64,000 nt of DNA from Chrysomallon squamiferum (Eukaryota > Animalia > Mollusca). The DNA is taken from positions 5,704,001-5,768,000 of the forward strand of contig CM022672.1 in assembly GCA_012295275.1 (NCBI GenBank), written 5' to 3'. Within the stretch, counting starts at the first letter, position 1; every line of letters starts with the position of its first letter. Below, in pieces: positions 58,630 to 64,000 of this stretch. The notes under the pieces were generated by a model, which saw nothing but the letters and a program-made list of their open reading frames with translations, was not told where the DNA came from and made no database searches. The translations under genes were made by a program, and so were the position numbers.

Positions 58630-59220
58630 CTGGAAAATAAAAACAATACATGTATTAAAACATAAATCTAATAACTGCACCAGTACTGTCTCCAGAACAC
58701 TCACAGGATCAGTGAACTGTTTAAAAACAAATCACATAATGAAATATTTCCCATTGCTGTCAGCTAGCTGTTTGTCACTGACTGAGTTAGTTATGTAGTG
58801 TAATGTTTATGAGAAGGTGTACGCTGCAAGATCACTTCCTGCTAATGAGTAAAGAGTAACCGACAAAATGGATTTCTAAACTCTTATCACCATAAAACAT
58901 ACCTGAAACTAATAAAATAAATTGTTTATGTGTGTGTGTGAGTGTATATATCTAAGTATGTATGTTATATATGTTATGTATGTATGTATGTATGTATGAA
59001 AGTATGTATGTATGTATGTATGTATGTATGCATGTAAGTTTGTAAGTATGTGTGTATGTCCTTGTATACAAGTGTATGTATATGTTTGTGTGTGGGTGTG
59101 TATGTATGTGTGCGTATTTGCATTTCTACAAATCTATGTACGTGCATATTTTCTAATGTAAGTACAGGCAGGCACTGTCTGTCTGTCTGTCTCTGTGTTT
59201 GTTACACCTGTTGTACGTAC

Positions 59221-59402
59221 ATCTTCGGGTGGTGGACGGAGTGACACTGACGCTTTTCTTGGTGGGGGTGGCAATGGGGGTTGTTGTTTCGCAGCAGGTC
59301 GAGGGGATGGGATGGGTGGAGCTTGCTGTTGGGGGGCGTTTCTGTCTTCAACTTTGGGCACAGTCCTAGGGCCTGGTCTCGAGGGTGGTGGCATTAGTGG
59401 TT
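59221..59402 (-). CDS. SLP-76/BLNK-like adaptor exon (Pro-rich)
   Basis: GTTTCAG|(E)PLMPPPSRPGPR...PPLPPPPRKASVSLRPPPED|GTACGT; GC-rich island; phase 1-0. Confidence 0.88.
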
Positions 59403-60001
59403 CTGAAACAATATAGAAAATTAAATAAAAATAAAATAAAATAAAAGAAATATGCAATGTGTATATAAAAAAAAGAAAGAAAAAAAAAGAAAAGAAGTAA
59501 ACACATATAAACAAATAACAAAATAATAATAATAAATAAATAAATAAATAAACAAATAAATATGTCTACATAAACAAGGAAAAAAATAAGAATAAATAAG
59601 TACAGAAACAAACACATATAAAAAAAATAAAATAAAATAAAAAATAAAATCAATAAATCAATATACATACAATCTATATATGAACAAAGAAAAAAATAAG
59701 AATCAGTATAGAAACAAATATAAACAAACAACAAAAAAATATCTTAAAAATAAATAAATAAACATTCATATAAACACAGAAAAGGAAGAAGAAATGAGTA
59801 CAAAAACAAACACATACAAATAAATAAATAAATAAACAAACAAGCAAATACACAAAGTGAATAAAGTGATAAATAAATTATTAAAATAAAAAGAAGTATA
59901 TAAATCAGTAAACAAATAAAACAAACGAATAAACTAAGAAATAAGGATGAAAATAAATAAACAAACAAACAAACAAACAAACAAACAAACAAACACACAA
60001 C

Positions 60002-60055
60002 CTGTAACAGGCTCAACGTAATCTTCCTCATCCCCTTCTGCATTTGTAGGAGAAT
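60002..60055 (-). CDS. SLP-76/BLNK-like adaptor exon (acidic Tyr motif)
   Basis: TTTTAG|(D)SPTNAEGDEEDYVEPVT, donor CAG|GTTGTG; phase 1-1. Confidence 0.75.
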
Positions 60056-60239
60056 CTAAAATTTAAAAGGATTTAAATTTAAAATGAAACCCAAAACCAG
60101 ATCGACTTAAAAACAAATATCACCTGAAAGCTAAATATTCTTGCAAAAAATATTAACATTTCAATTCATATTCTGTTATCTGTTAATATCCATTTAAAAT
60201 ATGAACGTGAAGTTTAATATTCATTTTGTGCATGTGTGT

Positions 60240-60292
<53 letters not shown>

Positions 60293-61645
60293 GTGTGTCT
60301 GTGTCTATGCTGAGGGACAGATAAAATTATATGCATGTATGTAAGTGAGTGTATATATATATATATAATATATGTATATGTTTGTATGTGAATTTATTTA
60401 TTTATGTATGTATATTTAAATATATGCTTTAATGTGCTGCACATGTGTGTTTATTGATATCTTTGATCATGGCTAAACGAGATTCTTGTCTTTATAAACG
60501 AATTTTTAATTAGGCTTCTGTATAATTTTATATGTAATTGTATACATTCACATTTAGAGAATATTTATGTTGCACATTTATATTTTAATTCTTGACAGCA
60601 AACAGAATACACAGCTATACAATACCTCACATTAATGAACAAATCTCAAAGAAAAGGTATTTATGTTTTCTGAGTAACATTTCTATTTCAAACGTGTTAC
60701 ATATTAATGCAAAAATTACAGATAACATAATTAATTACTTGGTTGTCTGACTCTGTTACTTCAAGAAGAAATTCAGTGGTCAATAAACATTATCATCAAG
60801 GGACATAAATCAATAAAGGGAGATAAATCAGCACAGATGGTAACTCTAAAGATAACAAGTTAATAAAGAAAGGAAACCTAACAAAGGGAGATGATAAACC
60901 AGATTCAAAAAGAGGTAAATAAATTAGAAAATAAAATGAACAATGGATGACAAATAATCTGAGGTAAAGGAAGATGAAGGAAAGGGAAAAGAAAGAGAAG
61001 TCAACAAAGGGAGACAAATCAACAAAGTCATGTACTGATTGATAATGGTTCACATCTAAGTAAAAGAAATGAATTACGAAACATGGAAGAATTAAATGTT
61101 AAAATTTGGCCTAAATGTTGAAGGTTGAATGTGAAAAACAGGTAAGTACTGTAAAAGAAAAAGATGAACTAAATGATAAATAAAAAATATACATATATTA
61201 AATATGTAAGTGAAATTACACACCGCACCATATAGTAAGGAAGTTAATGTCTAAGTAAAGAAAATATTGTTATAAAGTCTTGTATATTATACAAGTCGTA
61301 TATATAAAAATGTTCATAGTTGTTATGCAAGTCATGTGTATTTACAGTTGTCCTGTGTTTAAAATGGCTGACAATAGCTGGATGTAAATTAGCAGGGTGG
61401 AATGGAGGTCAGTATGTGTGGATGTGGGTGTGATGAAAACAACACTTACAAAAATTTACAACTGGAGCTGTGGTTGGTTATAAAAGTTATAGATACGACA
61501 GTGTTATCAGTGATGAGTCCAAAAAAAAAAAAAAAAAAAAAAAAAAAGAAAAGAAAGATCATTAATTGATAAATAAGTGTTTAATTAAAGAATGAATATA
61601 GCAACAAAAAAAATATTAAAAAAAAAAAATATTAACAAAATAAAA

Positions 61646-61685
<40 letters not shown>

Positions 61686-61756
61686 CAGCAACATATATAA
61701 CAATAATAATAATATCAACAATAATACCTTTTTTCAGTAAAATTGGAAAATATTCA

Positions 61757-61787
<31 letters not shown>

Positions 61788-62267
61788 CCACCAAAACTAA
61801 TTAGGTGCACATCCTGGCAGTATTCATTACTATTTTAGATTTTTAATTTTTGAAAGCTTGTAAGTACTAAAGATTAAGAAAAATCAAAAAAAAGAGAAAG
61901 ATTTTTTGTTATATATAAAATGTTGAACTTGGCATTTGTCAAATACATGCATTCACATTTGTTCGTATTTGTATTAAATAATTCAAAATGTAATGCCATG
62001 CTGCTGAATAAATAAATGGAATAGAAACCAGCTACTTCAATCTTATTGGCAACTCTTCCTAACTAGACACACATATGTCACACACACATCCACACATATA
62101 TACACAAAATATACTGTCCCCAAAAACAGAAACATACAGCAAGCAAAAAATCAGAAAGGAAAACAGTCTGAACATGCATCATGGTAGAATTCTGACACGT
62201 CAGCTTTGTTTTTTCTATGTGGATTAATACATTTATGTGACTGTCATTTTCCTTAGGATATCAATAA

Positions 62268-62507
62268 CCCTTTGAACCCTGACACTATATCATGACAAAC
62301 AGCTAAATTACACAATTTTCAGTTTATTCAGTTTTTAAAATTGTGATTGGTTAAAATAAATGGACAGAAGAATTTTCTGCCTGGCCTGGATACAATAATG
62401 CTACAATAAGTTTGACCACCATCGAGGTTAGTCGGAATACAGTTTACTGCGTCAGTAATTCACACCTAGACGTTTGTCTGCTAGAGAATCCACTCAGGTT
62501 CTAAGGG
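62268..62507. mobile_element. piggyBac-type MITE-like element
   Basis: Left ATAA-CCCTTTGAACCCTGA, right TCAGGTTCTAAGGG-TTAA: imperfect TIRs with CCC/GGG ends and a TTAA-like target. Confidence 0.55.
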
Positions 62508-62883
62508 TTAAATACATGGTCTGCATGTAACCAAATACTACATCAAAACCTAATTTTATTAAAAAAAAAAATTATTTTTTAAAATCAGATTATTAAATCT
62601 ATGATCTAGCTATCATGAAAAAAAAAAAAATAAATAAAAATCATTTCATGCAACAAAATGCACTGTTTCGACTTAAATATACACATAATGAAACACTTCT
62701 AATACAAGATGAACAACAAACCACCCACTCCTCCAACCAAAAACCCTTCATGGCACATGCAGATAAAGAAAGATAAATGCATATAAAAAAAATGTACAGT
62801 ATTTACAAAAAAAAAAAAAAAAAGTTAAATAATAAAAATGTATTACACATCATGCCCTATAGGTAAATAAAGGTGAGATTAAC

Positions 62884-62998
62884 CTGGCTGATATTTTTTG
62901 CTTTCTCTGTGTCGCTGTAAAGCACTTCTCAAAGAGGCTATCATGTTTGTCGTTTCTGGAGTCTCAGGGTTTGTCTGTGGACAGGGGTCCATGTAGTC
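62884..62998 (-). CDS. SLP-76/BLNK-like adaptor, most 5' exon found in the window
   Basis: GTACAG|DYMDPCPQTNPETPETTNMIASLRSALQRHRESKKYQP, donor CAG|GTTAAT; phase 0-1. The 11 exons sum to 1044 nt with an unbroken frame. Confidence 0.7.
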
Positions 62999-63059
62999 CT
63001 GTACGATCCAAGATTAGTTAGACGGTTTAGAAATAAGTAAATAAATAAATAAATAAATA

Positions 63060-63116
63060 AATAAGTAAATAAATAAATAAATATGACAGCTGACTCTATG
63101 CTGGTTGGCAGAACAA

Positions 63117-63193
<77 letters not shown>

Positions 63194-63240
63194 ATATGAC
63201 AGCTGACTCTATGCTGGTTGGCAGAACAATAAAAAAACAA
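63060..63240. repeat. Local duplication of a ~43-bp unique segment within (AAAT)n
   Basis: AAATATGACAGCTGACTCTATGCTGGTTGGCAGAACAATAAAA occurs twice. Confidence 0.9.
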
Positions 63241-64000
63241 AAACAATCTAAAATAAATGAATAAATCAATAAATATGTGTGGCAAGCGAATAATGAAAAT
63301 ATACTTCTTGACAGGATATTGTAAATAAAGTAAAGTAAAGTAAAGTAAAGTAAAGTAAAGTAAAGTAAAGTAAAGTAAAAAAGTAAAATAAAATAAAATG
63401 AAATAAATACAGCAAATTCTTTCATTAGCAGACGATATTGTTTTTTTTATTTTTATTTATTTATTTATTTATTTATTATTTTTTAAAACAAATCTGTTTG
63501 AATAAAGTGAATTATTAAAAGATAAAACAAAAAAAAAAAAAAAAAACAGAAGAAATATGATTCAAGTTAGTAATTTTACAGAGCAGGATTATGTTTTCAT
63601 TATCAATAAATAAATAAATTTTAAAACTGTTTTAAATTAATGAAACAGTAAGTCAGTATTCGTTAAACGATTATTGTTCTTTAACAAATAATGATTATTA
63701 TTTAGAAATTCTAATATGTCTGATAATGAGAAAGCAGTTTATGAACTTCATTAAACATGTTAGTTTTCTGGCTTGATTAATAAATAAACAGTTTTGTTAA
63801 TTTTACATTTACTGCTAACTGTGATAAGCTTAAACCTGATGAACTACTTTTAATTTGCATTTAATTATTCTCTGTATACATACATATACAAATACATACA
63901 TACATATACACACACACATACATATATACACACACACACACACACACATATATATAAATACATATACATATATACATACATACATACAAGAGAGAGAGAG

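Overview
This is AT-rich, microsatellite-dense animal genomic DNA. It is probably lophotrochozoan/molluscan, which I infer from the Egr N-terminus, the repeat types and a mosaic CpG pattern. Two genes can be built by hand. (1) A + strand, two-exon EGR/Krox-family immediate-early zinc-finger gene (26955-30031) with a rich promoter: TATA, 3 CArG boxes, ETS sites, 2 CREs and Capicua-type octamers. As assembled, its exon 2 has a 1-nt frame break near 28901. (2) The 3' part of a - strand, multi-exon SLP-76/BLNK-like adaptor (51815-62998; 5' end not found) that the ORF track shows only in pieces. It has acidic Tyr motifs, Pro-rich SH3 ligands and a C-terminal SH2. The two genes are convergent and separated by about 20 kb of CpG-retaining DNA with several palindromic CREs. 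The rest is satellite arrays, microsatellites, an L2-type LINE fragment, an internally deleted Tc1/mariner element, MITE-like elements and SINE-like remnants. Nearly all other listed ORFs are simple-repeat artefacts. All counts were made by eye.
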